From NCBI GenBank assembly GCA_045806605.1, contig JBJMIY010000200.1:1-34597 (forward strand): a stretch of DNA of 34,597 bases, given 5' to 3'. This stretch comes from Rubrobacteraceae bacterium (GTDB lineage Bacteria > Actinomycetota > Rubrobacteria > Rubrobacterales > Rubrobacteraceae). Both the position numbers and the translations under genes were made by a program. Below are positions 1 through 7,920 of the stretch, piece after piece. A model generated the notes under the pieces. The model was given only the letters and a program-made list of their open reading frames with translations, was not told the origin of the DNA and made no database searches. Each line of letters opens with the position of its first letter. The stretch's first letter is position 1.

Positions 1-521
1 CTTCCCGAGAGCATCACAACCCCGAGCAAACTCAAGATTAGTGGCACCTCGTAGGAGATCATCTGCGCCGCGCCCCTGAGAGCCCCGAGCAGCGAGAAGG
101 TGGAGCGGCTGCCGTATCCCGCCATCACTACGCCGAGAGCCCCGATGGACGTCACCGCTATGAAGAACAGGATCCCGACGTTCAGGTTGGCCATCACCGC
201 GTCGGGGGCGAAGGGTATGACGAGCCACACGAGAGCCGCGGGCAGGAACATGGCGATCGGCGCGCCGAGGAAGACCCAGAGGTCGGACCGTCCCGGAGAG
301 ACGTTCTCCTTGGTGAACAGCTTGAACACGTCTGCCGCGGGCTGCAAGAGCCCCCGCGGCCCCACCCGGTTCGGCCCGTAACGCAGCTGGATGTACGCCG
401 ACACCTTCCGCTCGGCCAACGTCAGGACGGCGGCCAGGTTAAGGACGAGAAATAGTATCAGCCCGAAAGAGATCAGGAACCTCAATGGCTCCTGGTTCAG
501 GTACTGGAGGACGGTCCCCAC
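1..521 (-). CDS. nuoH: NADH-quinone oxidoreductase subunit H (NuoH/ND1), N-terminal part; C-terminus runs off the left window edge
   Basis: Minus-strand translation from 485 reads (L)RFLISFGLILFLVLNLAAVLTLAERKVSAYIQLRYGPNRVGPRGLLQPAADVFKLFTKENV...AMFLPAALVWLVIPF..., the conserved NuoH N-terminus. The start is either GTG at 521 (shares one nt with the nuoD TAG stop) or TTG at 485 (AGGAG just upstream). Confidence 0.85.
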   Translation of the reverse strand, partial: MGTVLQYLNQEPLRFLISFGLILFLVLNLAAVLTLAERKVSAYIQLRYGPNRVGPRGLLQPAADVFKLFTKENVSPGRSDLWVFLGAPIAMFLPAALVWLVIPFAPDAVMANLNVGILFFIAVTSIGALGVVMAGYGSRSTFSLLGALRGAAQMISYEVPLILSLLGVVMLSG

Positions 522-1705
522 TACTTGTCCCACCCGCCGCTGACAGGGTCCACGAGGCCCATGATGGGCATTATGTCGGGCAGGTAGTGCCCCGGCACTA
601 TCTCCTGCAAGAGCTGCATGTTGACGAAGCTCGGGTCGCGGTAGTGCACCCGATACGGCGTGTCCGAACCGTCGGAGACGACGTGCACCGCGAACTCGCC
701 CCTCGGGCTCTCGACGCGCCCGAACCCCTCGCCCTCGGGCGGCCTGATGCGGCGTCCCATGTCGGCCATCACCGCGCCTTCCGGCATCTTCTCCAGGACC
801 TGCTTGATGATCTTGACGCTCTCCAGGCACTCCCCTATCCGAACCCGGTACGATGCCTCCACGTCTCCGCCCGTGTCGGTTACGACGTCGAACTTCAGCT
901 CGGGGTAGACACTGTAGGGATAGTCGAGCCTGATGTCGAAGTCCACGCCGGTACAGCGCAGGGGCGGCCCGGTCAGGCCCATCTCGACTGCCTGCTCCTG
1001 CGTCATCTTCCCGACGTTCCGCGTCCGGGAGATGAAGATCTCGTTCCCCTCGATGAGGTCGACGAAGTCCGGTTGGAAGTTCTTCTCCAGTCCCTCGACA
1101 AACTCCCAGATCTTCTCTGGTATTTCCGGCGGAAGGTCAGCCTTGACCCCTCCTATGCGGATGTAGTGGAACATCATCCGCGCGCCCGTGACCGCCTCGA
1201 AGATGCTCTGTATCCGCTCCCGCTCCCTGAAGGCGTACAGGATCGGGGTGAAGGCCCCGAGCTCCAGGAGCAAAAACCCAATGGAGGGAATGTGGCTCGC
1301 CAGCCGCATGAGCTCGCACATGAGAACCCTGATGTACTCCGCCCGGGGCGGGATCTCCACGTCCAGAAGGTCCTCGACCGCAAGGACGTAGCCGTGCTCG
1401 TTGTGCATGTTGGCGAAGTAGTCGAGTCTGTCGGTCAGCGGGATAACCGCAGGATACATGCGGTTCTCGGCGATCTTCTCCTGGCACCGGTGCAGGTACC
1501 CCATGACGGGGTCGCACCGCACCACGGTCTCCCCGTCGAGCTCCAGGATGAGCCGCAAGAGCCCGTGCATCGCGGGGTGCTGCGGGCCCATGTTCATGTC
1601 TATGGTCTCGAGCCCGAACTCGTCCCGCACGTCGGGGTTGACGAGCCGGCCGCTCGCCGGCTCCGTAAGCGCGCTATGATCCATGGGGCGCTCTTCGCTA
1701 AGCAT
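521..1705 (-). CDS. nuoD: NADH-quinone oxidoreductase subunit D (49 kDa)
   Basis: 394 aa ORF with [36 protein letters not shown] and a C-terminal HYRDPSF...[18 protein letters not shown], all typical NuoD blocks. Confidence 0.95.
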   Translation of the reverse strand: MLSEERPMDHSALTEPASGRLVNPDVRDEFGLETIDMNMGPQHPAMHGLLRLILELDGETVVRCDPVMGYLHRCQEKIAENRMYPAVIPLTDRLDYFANMHNEHGYVLAVEDLLDVEIPPRAEYIRVLMCELMRLASHIPSIGFLLLELGAFTPILYAFRERERIQSIFEAVTGARMMFHYIRIGGVKADLPPEIPEKIWEFVEGLEKNFQPDFVDLIEGNEIFISRTRNVGKMTQEQAVEMGLTGPPLRCTGVDFDIRLDYPYSVYPELKFDVVTDTGGDVEASYRVRIGECLESVKIIKQVLEKMPEGAVMADMGRRIRPPEGEGFGRVESPRGEFAVHVVSDGSDTPYRVHYRDPSFVNMQLLQEIVPGHYLPDIMPIMGLVDPVSGGWDK

Positions 1706-1708
1706 CTT

Positions 1709-2209
1709 CTACCTCAATCCCTCGAACGTACGCTTGGTGCTGATCTCAAGGCTCTTGAGCAACGGGTGGTGGTCGAAGTGATCCTGCCACATGTAGGTCC
1801 GCCGCAGGTCAGGGTGCCCCCTGAAGGCGACCCCGAACATGTCGTAGGCCTCCCGCTCGTGCCAGTTCGCCGTCGGGTAGACGTTCGTTACCGTGGGCAC
1901 GACCGGCTCCGTGCCCTCCACGACCGTCTTGACCCTCACACGCGCTCCGCGAAAGTCCATGAGCTCGTAGGTCAGCTCGAAGGAGCCCTCCCTGTCCACG
2001 ACAGTGATGAATGAGAGGTGCAGTATCCCTAAAGCCTCCCGCGCCGTCGCAAGCACCGCGGGCAACGACTCGGTATCCACGTGGACCCGCACCACGTTGC
2101 CTTCGATACCCGACTCTTCCAACCCATGGCGGTTGCGCAGCCCCTCGAGGTAGCGCTCCAGGCGTGTCTCCAGATCCCCCTCTGGCAACGTCACCGCCAC
2201 CTCAGGCAT
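1709..2209 (-). CDS. nuoC: NADH-quinone oxidoreductase subunit C (30 kDa)
   Basis: 166 aa with the NuoC signature [25 protein letters not shown] 3-nt gap separates it from nuoD, and its start overlaps the nuoB end by 8 nt. Confidence 0.9.
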   Translation of the reverse strand: MPEVAVTLPEGDLETRLERYLEGLRNRHGLEESGIEGNVVRVHVDTESLPAVLATAREALGILHLSFITVVDREGSFELTYELMDFRGARVRVKTVVEGTEPVVPTVTNVYPTANWHEREAYDMFGVAFRGHPDLRRTYMWQDHFDHHPLLKSLEISTKRTFEGLR

Positions 2210-3032
2210 CCTCCTTCTTCGCGCCGTCAGTACCGGCTTTTGCCTCGCCCCCGGTCTTGCCGTTCGTCTCGGCGCTCGCCTCGGCTTTGCCGCCGGCCCC
2301 GCCGTTCTCCTGCGCGGCCTTCTCGGCCTGCTCTTTCTCCTTGAGCTTCTTCTTGGCCTCTGTAGGGATCCAGCCCACGTCGGTCTGGGCGGCCGGCGGC
2401 ATGCCCTTGCGCTCGAAGACGTAGGTGCGCTTGAGTGGCCTTATGCCCTCTAAGCGCGGGGCCTTGCCCTCGGCGATGTGCTGGTACTCACGCTCGGGCA
2501 AATACTCGTTTATGGAGCCGTCCTCATTCACGAGCGCGGGTCTTGGCTTCTCATAGCCGACCTGCTGGTCGCGCTCGATCTTCTTCTGGAGCGTCATGAT
2601 CCCGAAGATGAGCGCCTCCGGTCTGGGCGGGCACCCTGGCACGTAGACGTCCACGGGGATCACCCTGTCAGCCCCCATCAGCACCGAGTACCCGTCCAGG
2701 AACGGGCCGCCGGAGATCGCGCACGCCCCCATCGCTATGACCCACTTGGGCTCGGGCATCTGCTCGTAGAGCCGCGTCATACGCTCGGCCATCTTGGTGG
2801 AGACGGTTCCCGAGACGATCATGACGTCCGCCTGCCTCGGGGAGGCCGCGAAGAAACCGGCCCCGAAACGGTCGAGGTCGTTGTGCGCCATCCCCGTTGA
2901 CATCATCTCTATGGCGCAACACGCCAGCCCGAACTGCAGCGGCCACAGCGAGTTCTTGCGCGCCCAGTTAAAGAGCTTGTCCGAGCTAGTCGTCAGGACG
3001 TTCGGCTCGTTGAACTGCTGCATCACACCCAC
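2202..3032 (-). CDS. nuoB: NADH-quinone oxidoreductase subunit B (20 kDa, N2 cluster) with a long C-terminal extension
   Basis: Core motifs [20 protein letters not shown] and [10 protein letters not shown] are present. The protein is 276 aa because about 115 extra residues follow the core, ending in a K/A/E/G-rich tail. Start is GTG 3032, GTG 3026 or ATG 3023; all overlap or abut the nuoA stop. Confidence 0.9.
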   Translation of the reverse strand: MGVMQQFNEPNVLTTSSDKLFNWARKNSLWPLQFGLACCAIEMMSTGMAHNDLDRFGAGFFAASPRQADVMIVSGTVSTKMAERMTRLYEQMPEPKWVIAMGACAISGGPFLDGYSVLMGADRVIPVDVYVPGCPPRPEALIFGIMTLQKKIERDQQVGYEKPRPALVNEDGSINEYLPEREYQHIAEGKAPRLEGIRPLKRTYVFERKGMPPAAQTDVGWIPTEAKKKLKEKEQAEKAAQENGGAGGKAEASAETNGKTGGEAKAGTDGAKKEDA

Positions 3033-3412
3033 TTGAGGGCCCCCTTCTTCCAGGCGTAGGCGAGGCCGACGCCCAGGATCAACACAAATATCACCATCTC
3101 GACGAATCCATACAAACCAAGCTCACGGTAAATGACCGCCCAGGGATAGAGGAAGGCGGCCTCGACGTCGAAGATAAGGAAGAGCAGCGCGAACACGTAG
3201 TAGCGGACCGGGAAAGGCCGCCAGGGGTCCGTAACCGTCGTCTCGCCGGTCTCGTAGTTCTGGGCCTTGGTCGCGGAGCGCCGGCCCGGAGAGATCAGAC
3301 GGGCCAGCACAAGGACGGTCGCGACGAAGCCCGTTACCATCAACATGGAGATCCCCACGTAGAGGTAAGCCACCCCGTAAGAGACCTCCTGTTGCAAAAG
3401 ACCCAGCGTCAA
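3023..3412 (-). CDS. nuoA: NADH-quinone oxidoreductase subunit A
   Basis: 129 aa, three hydrophobic segments, NuoA blocks YETGE...[30 protein letters not shown] start at 3412 with AGGAAGAAAGG 6 nt upstream. Confidence 0.85.
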   Translation of the reverse strand: MTLGLLQQEVSYGVAYLYVGISMLMVTGFVATVLVLARLISPGRRSATKAQNYETGETTVTDPWRPFPVRYYVFALLFLIFDVEAAFLYPWAVIYRELGLYGFVEMVIFVLILGVGLAYAWKKGALKWV

Positions 3413-3442
3413 ATCGCGCCTTTCTTCCTGATAACTGACCGA

Positions 3443-3471
3443 AATATACCCGCGCAGGCAGCAACTTTCAA
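3443..3471 (-). promoter_or_regulatory. Candidate sigma70-type promoter of the nuo operon (TTGAAA-17 nt-TATATT)
   Basis: On the minus strand, TTGAAA (3471-3466), a 17-nt spacer and TATATT (3448-3443). The predicted TSS is about 24 nt upstream of the nuoA TTG. Confidence 0.5.
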
Positions 3472-3491
3472 GTTGCTACTAAGAGTAGCAA
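3460..3491. promoter_or_regulatory. Two overlapping perfect palindromes (candidate operator or alternative hairpins) at the nuo -35 box
   Basis: AGCAACT-TTCA-AGTTGCT (3460-3477) and TTGCTACT-AAG-AGTAGCAA (3473-3491) share 5 nt. The first has the -35 TTGAAA in its centre. Confidence 0.4.
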
Positions 3492-3581
3492 AGTGCGTCT
3501 AGCCACCCCTTCGCCGGGTCTGGCGCCAGGGTGATCGTTCGCTTTTCTACCCGGCATCGGCGCCTCTTTTCGGCGTCGTTT

Positions 3582-3590
3582 TGTTAGACT
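3582..3590 (+). promoter_or_regulatory. Candidate extended -10 promoter (TGtTAGACT) for the ferredoxin/RnfC-like pair
   Basis: TGTTAGACT fits TGnTAnnnT, about 64 nt upstream of the ferredoxin GTG. No good -35 box. Confidence 0.3.
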
Positions 3591-3653
3591 GACGCTGGAC
3601 CGGGAGACATCAGGGGCTGGCACTGGCGGAAGGATCATGGAGGAGGAACGGTA

Positions 3654-3917
3654 GTGGCCTACGTTATAACCGAAGCGTGTATTGGCACGAAGAACACCGC
3701 GTGCGTGAGCGCGTGCCCGGTTGACTGCATCTACGACGAGGGGGAACACTACATTATCAACCCCGAGGAGTGCATCGACTGCTCCATGTGCATGCCCGAG
3801 TGCCCGGTCGAAGCCATCTACCCCGACGACGAGGTCCCCGAGGACATGCAGCACTACATCACCAAGGCCGCCGAGTTCGACTACTCGAGGACCGCGCCGG
3901 GCGTCGAGCTCAACTAG
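3654..3917 (+). CDS. fdxA: 7Fe-type ferredoxin ([3Fe-4S][4Fe-4S])
   Basis: 87 aa starting MAYVITEACIG. Cysteine pattern is C-x7-C-x3-CP followed by C-x2-C-x2-C-x3-CP. GTG start with GGAGGAGGA upstream. Confidence 0.8.
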   Translation: MAYVITEACIGTKNTACVSACPVDCIYDEGEHYIINPEECIDCSMCMPECPVEAIYPDDEVPEDMQHYITKAAEFDYSRTAPGVELN

Positions 3918-3942
3918 TCGGACGACGATTTTGGGAGACAAC

Positions 3943-5097
3943 GTGGCCGAGATAAAGCAACGCAGCCTCGAAGAGGTAAAGGCCCTGAGCGCCGAGGAGG
4001 CCGTGGAGATCATGCGCCAGGCCGGCATCGTCGGCGCTGGGGGTGGCGGTTTCCCGACTTACTTCAAGTACAAGGCCGCCCAGCCGCACCTCATCGTCAA
4101 CGCCACCGAGAGCGAGCCCGGCTACTGGGGGGACAAGCTGCTCCACAAGGAGTACATCGAGGAGTTCCTCCAGGTTTTCGAGGCCATGAAGGCCATCTTC
4201 GGGTTCGAGCAGATCTCCATGGGCGTTCACGAGAAAGACCGGGAGTGGTTCGCCGACTACGCCGAGCACGCAGATGACGGCGTCTACGACATACGCTACG
4301 TACCGAACACGTACGCCCTGGGCGAAGAGAAGACCCTCATAAAGCACTCCACGGACACCAGGGTGCCCCGGTTCGTGGATAACCCGGACGGCTCCAGGCG
4401 CCCGGGGATGCCGCCGGACGTCGGCATAATCGTCAACAACTCCGAGACCTTGCTCAACGTCTACAACGCGCTCTTCCTAGGCAGGCCCCTCACCACCAAG
4501 TTCTTCACCGTCTACGGCGCGGAGGTGGACACAAAAGTCTACGAGTCGCCGATAGGGGCCTCGGTGAGCGAGGTACTGGAGATAGCGGGGCTGGACGTCG
4601 AGAACTCCAGCCACCTCACGGTCCTTGACGGCGGCCCTTACCTGCACGATACGAGCATCCAGGAGCTGGGAACGGGCGACGCCTACGTGCGGCGGATGAC
4701 CAACTCCCTCTTCCTGATCCCCCGGGGCAGGCAGGGCAAGGAGTACGCCAGGATAGTAACCGAGCCTCCCGAAGAAGGCATCGTCTCGTTGGTCGGCAGG
4801 ATCTCGGGCGTGAACCTGCCCCTGGGCGGTGGTCTCTTGAAGCCGGCCACGCCGCTCGTCGCCGAGGGCGACGAGGTCGCCTACGAGCAGAAGATCGGGG
4901 AGCCAGCTGACGAAGGTTTCTCGATCGGCGTCTCGGCTAGCCTGGAGGGAGAGATATCCTCCATCGAGAACGACATCGTGGCCATCGCCGGCGGAGCGAT
5001 ACCCCAGGAGGAGGCCGAAGCCGAGGCCGAACCGAGCTTGGCCAGCGGCGAGCCGCCCCGGGGAGAGGCCGAACCATTTCAGGAAGCGAACCGATAG
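3943..5097 (+). CDS. RnfC/NuoF-like flavoprotein-fold protein (Complex1_51K-like plus SLBB-like domains) lacking all Fe-S ligands
   Basis: In-frame GTG at 3943 (GGGAGA upstream) begins VAEIKQRSLEEV. The part of the ORF upstream of it (3721-3942) overlaps the ferredoxin gene and is P/R/S/T-rich junk. Motifs: GAGGGGFPTYFKY, IVNATESEPGYWGD, ALGEEKTLI, then an SLBB-like IIVNNSETLLNVYNALFLGRPLTTKFFTVYG. There are no cysteines in 384 aa. Confidence 0.7.
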   Translation: MAEIKQRSLEEVKALSAEEAVEIMRQAGIVGAGGGGFPTYFKYKAAQPHLIVNATESEPGYWGDKLLHKEYIEEFLQVFEAMKAIFGFEQISMGVHEKDREWFADYAEHADDGVYDIRYVPNTYALGEEKTLIKHSTDTRVPRFVDNPDGSRRPGMPPDVGIIVNNSETLLNVYNALFLGRPLTTKFFTVYGAEVDTKVYESPIGASVSEVLEIAGLDVENSSHLTVLDGGPYLHDTSIQELGTGDAYVRRMTNSLFLIPRGRQGKEYARIVTEPPEEGIVSLVGRISGVNLPLGGGLLKPATPLVAEGDEVAYEQKIGEPADEGFSIGVSASLEGEISSIENDIVAIAGGAIPQEEAEAEAEPSLASGEPPRGEAEPFQEANR

Positions 5098-5115
5098 CAC
5101 GCCTCCCTCCGGTCG

Positions 5116-5217
5116 GCTTGTCAGCTAGGCTCAGCGAAGAGAAAAGCTGAAATGCTGAGAAGCGAGGGCCTTCTAAAGGCCCGAGCGTGCTGACAAGCTG
5201 GCGAAGCCAGCGTGCTA
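5116..5217. repeat. Dispersed hairpin-rich intergenic repeat, copy A (inverted relative to copy C at 29638-29793)
   Basis: The reverse complement aligns block for block with 29638-29793: TAGCACGCTG, GGCTTCGCC, GCTTGTCAGCACGCT, TCAGCATTTCAGCTT. Terminal inverted words are GCTTGTCAGC (5116-5125) and GCTGACAAGC (5189-5198). Hairpins are GGGCC-ttctaaa-GGCCC (5166-5182) and GCTGG-cgaag-CCAGC (5197-5211). It sits between convergent gene ends and overlaps the M20 TAG stop. Confidence 0.65.
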
Positions 5218-6336
5218 TCCGTTCCCGAGGATCTGGACGAACTGCACGAGCATCTGGCGGTAGGTCTCCAGGGAGGAGGCGACGACGTACTCGTTTGGGC
5301 CGTGGTGGCCGCCGCCGATAGGTCCGAACTCGACGCCAGGGATGCCGGCACGTTGGAAGTAGACGATGTCGGAGGCGCCGTGGCGTCCGACGCCCACGGG
5401 GTTGCCGCTGAAGTGGCGGGCGGCAACCTCGCGCAGGGCCTTGACGTAGGGGTTCGAGCGGGAGACGTAGGTCGGTTCGCGGCTGAAGAGGACTTCGACG
5501 TCGGCTGGAGTGTCTATGGATCGAATCTGGCGCACTATCTCCTGCGGATCCTGGTTGGGCAGGAAACGGATATCGAGATCGTAGGTACAGCGGTCGGGGA
5601 CGCGGTTCAGGACGTCGCCGCCGATGATGCGCGCCAGGTTCATGCTCGGGTAGGGGAACAGAGGGTTGCGCTCGCTGGCGAAGGGCAGCTCGGCGACGCG
5701 GCGGTAGTGGTCGTGGGCCATGAGGACGGCGTTCTTGCCGAGCCAGGGCGTAGAGCCGTGGGCGCTCTTGCCGTGGAGGGTGATGCGAAGGTCGAGCACG
5801 CCCTTTGACTGGGTGCCCACGTGGAAGTCGGTGGGCTCGCCGGTGATCACGAAGTCCCCCACGTGGCCATGCTCGATGAGTACCTCGGCGCCGGTGCGCG
5901 CGCCATGCTCCTGCTCCTCGTCGGGGACTACGAGGAGCTCGACAGTGGCGTCGCACCCGATAGTGTTCAGGTCCTCGACGGCGTACATCATGGCCGCGAG
6001 AGCACCCTTCATATCGTAGACGCCGCGGCCATAGAGTTCGCCACTCTCCTCGTAAGGGTCGAACTGCCGCTCCTCGCCCGGCACCACGTCGGCGTGGCCG
6101 TGCAAGAGTATGCGCGGCTCGCCCGAGCCCACGCGGACCACGAGGGAGATGAGATCCTCGTGCGGGCCGGCGCCTTTGTACCGGGTCGCCTGCATGTCCC
6201 GCGCCTCGAACCAGCCGTGGATGAAGTCGATCGTGGAGCGGGCGACGCCGGGTGTGTACGACCGGAAGCGTACAAGCCTCCGTGTCAAGGAGAGTAATTC
6301 GGTGCTGTTCGCAATTAATGCCAGATCCCGCTCCAT
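5215..6336 (-). CDS. M20-family metallopeptidase (ArgE/DapE/ACY1-like deacylase)
   Basis: 373 aa with LLHGHADVVPG, GRGVYDMKGALAAM, VPDEE and GASD blocks typical of M20 dimetal hydrolases. Substrate cannot be assigned. Confidence 0.8.
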   Translation of the reverse strand: MERDLALIANSTELLSLTRRLVRFRSYTPGVARSTIDFIHGWFEARDMQATRYKGAGPHEDLISLVVRVGSGEPRILLHGHADVVPGEERQFDPYEESGELYGRGVYDMKGALAAMMYAVEDLNTIGCDATVELLVVPDEEQEHGARTGAEVLIEHGHVGDFVITGEPTDFHVGTQSKGVLDLRITLHGKSAHGSTPWLGKNAVLMAHDHYRRVAELPFASERNPLFPYPSMNLARIIGGDVLNRVPDRCTYDLDIRFLPNQDPQEIVRQIRSIDTPADVEVLFSREPTYVSRSNPYVKALREVAARHFSGNPVGVGRHGASDIVYFQRAGIPGVEFGPIGGGHHGPNEYVVASSLETYRQMLVQFVQILGNG

Positions 6337-6404
6337 CTGTCAGCCTTCAGGGTCCGGCGGACAGCCGGGCCCCTCGTACTATATTAGACGGAGCCTCTTT
6401 CGGC

Positions 6405-6520
6405 GGAGGAAGCGAGGGTTTTGGCAGAGCTATCTCCTCGAGCGCACTCCCTACTCACTCTGTGCTGGAGCGGAGCGCAAAGCTTTCGCCCCATACAACG
6501 TCACGGGAGCAGCATTTGCC
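6405..6520. repeat. Degenerate fragment(s) of the same repeat family (copy B)
   Basis: GGAAGCGAGGG (6408-6418) matches GAGAAGCGAGGG in copy A. CTACTCACTCTGTGCTG (6451-6467) matches CTTACTCTCTCTGTGCTG in copy C. CAGCATTTGCC (6510-6520) matches CAGCATTTCAGC. Confidence 0.3.
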
Positions 6521-6624
6521 AGAAGGAGAGGACCACATACCCCAAGTAGATGAACTTTGCCGTTACCAGAGAGCTGCTTGCGTGTTACGAGTCGTCTGCA
6601 AGATCAACCGACGGTTGCCGGTTC

Positions 6625-7920
6625 TCAGGGGACGGCAGGGGTGCCGGCCTCGAAGGCTACGGTCGCCCCGATCCGGGAGAGCTTCTCCTCGAAATCCTCG
6701 TAGCCGCGCAGAATGTGGCGAGCTCCGTCCACGATCGTGGTGCCCTCGGCGACCAGGCCAGCCAGCACCAGCGCAGCCCCGCCCCGCAGGTCCGGGGCCT
6801 GCACAATGGTCCCGGAGAGAGTTCTGGGACCCTTGACGAGGGCGCGGTGGCCGCCAAAGAGATCTATGCCCGCGTTCATCCGGTTGAGCTCCTCGGCCAC
6901 CTGGAGCCTGTTCTCGTAGACGTTCTCGGTGATGATCCCCGCCCCCGTAGCCTGGGTGAGGGCGACCATCATCTGAGCCTGCAGGTCAGTCGCGAAGCCG
7001 GGGAACGGGAGGGTCGAGACGTCTACCCCGGCGAGGTCAGCGGGGTCATCCACGCGCACGCGGACCCCGCCTGCGGGGTCGTCCAGGTCGGTGATCTCCA
7101 CACCCATCTCACACAGCTTCTCCAGTTCCATCTTGAGGTGATCCCTGCGGGCCGCCTTGATCTCCACGTCTCCGCCCGTGGCGGCAGTCGCCATGATGAA
7201 GGTGCCGGCCTCGATGCGGTCCGGCATCACCGACCATTCGACGGGCTCCAGCTCCTCGACGCCCTCGATGACGATGCGGCCCGTCCCCGCCCCGTTGACG
7301 CTCGCGCCCATCGAGTTAAGGAACTCCGCCAGGTCGACTACCTCCGGCTCGCGCGCGCCGTTCTCGATGATCGTGATCCCATCTGCCAGGACAGCAGCCA
7401 TCATCACGTTCTCCGTGGCGGTGACGCTCGGGTACTCGAAGTTCACCTCCGCGCCCCTGAGCCCCCCCGGCGCCGTCGCCTTGATGAAGCCGTGATCCAA
7501 CTCGACCTCCGCACCCAGAGCCCTGAGGCCATCGAGGTGGAAGTTGAACTTGCGCAGGCCCAGGTTGCACCCGCCCGGCGCGGAGACCTCGGCCTCGCCG
7601 AAGCGGGCGGCGAGCGGTCCGAGGACCACGATGGAAGCCCGCATCTGGCGCACCAGCTCGTAAGGGGCGCAGTAGGAGTCGATATCCGAGGCGTCTATTT
7701 CGAGGGTGTGCCCGTGAAAGTAGGCGTCGGTCCCCAGGCCTTCGAGGACGGCGAGCATCGTGTCGACGTCCTTGATGCAAGGCACGTTGCGCAGGGTAGT
7801 CGTGCCGGGCGCCAATAGAGACGCGGCGATGAGCTTCAGGGCCGCGTTCTTCGCCCCGGAGATCTCCACCTCGCCGTGGAGCCGTGCTCCTCCTTCGACG
7901 AGAAAACGCTCCATTTCCAC
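6625..7920 (-). CDS. murA: UDP-N-acetylglucosamine 1-carboxyvinyltransferase
   Basis: 431 aa with ISGAKNAALKLIAASLL, the active-site region PGGCNLG.R and a C-terminal PDLRGGAALVLAGLVAEGTT...RGYE. Confidence 0.95.
   Translation of the reverse strand: MEMERFLVEGGARLHGEVEISGAKNAALKLIAASLLAPGTTTLRNVPCIKDVDTMLAVLEGLGTDAYFHGHTLEIDASDIDSYCAPYELVRQMRASIVVLGPLAARFGEAEVSAPGGCNLGLRKFNFHLDGLRALGAEVELDHGFIKATAPGGLRGAEVNFEYPSVTATENVMMAAVLADGITIIENGAREPEVVDLAEFLNSMGASVNGAGTGRIVIEGVEELEPVEWSVMPDRIEAGTFIMATAATGGDVEIKAARRDHLKMELEKLCEMGVEITDLDDPAGGVRVRVDDPADLAGVDVSTLPFPGFATDLQAQMMVALTQATGAGIITENVYENRLQVAEELNRMNAGIDLFGGHRALVKGPRTLSGTIVQAPDLRGGAALVLAGLVAEGTTIVDGARHILRGYEDFEEKLSRIGATVAFEAGTPAVP

Noticed and set aside
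485-2014. A 509-aa plus-strand ORF antisense to nuoD/nuoC. Similar long antisense or off-frame ORFs occur at 6550-7818 (anti-murA), 11497-12948 (anti-atpA), 17330-18859 (anti-glyA), 21549-22757 (anti-DUF1385), 28664-29788 (anti-argS), 14054-15067 (anti-atpB), 31804-32658 (anti-anti-sigma), 4937-5956 and 26266-27396.
   Set aside because: All lie opposite to, or out of frame with, genes that have unmistakable conserved products. Their translations are R/P/G/A/H-rich with no recognisable motifs. Stop-free mirror frames are expected in DNA with high GC3.
3638-3655. A mini-uORF, ATGGAGGAGGAACGGTAG (MEEER*), ending on the ferredoxin GTG.
   Set aside because: The sequence is simply the GGAGGAGGA Shine-Dalgarno region of the ferredoxin gene. 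There is nothing to indicate regulated uORF translation.
3721-3942. The 5' 74 codons of the 458-aa ORF-track entry for the RnfC-like gene.
   Set aside because: This part overlaps the ferredoxin gene in another frame and translates to P/R/S/T-rich junk. An in-frame GTG at 3943 with an RBS starts the conserved sequence.
6337-6624. A small protein gene or tRNA in the 288-bp spacer, for example a 27-codon minus-strand ORF MWSSPSGKCC….
   Set aside because: There is no RBS, no conserved features and no cloverleaf-compatible sequence. The region is better explained as promoter, terminator and a degenerate repeat.
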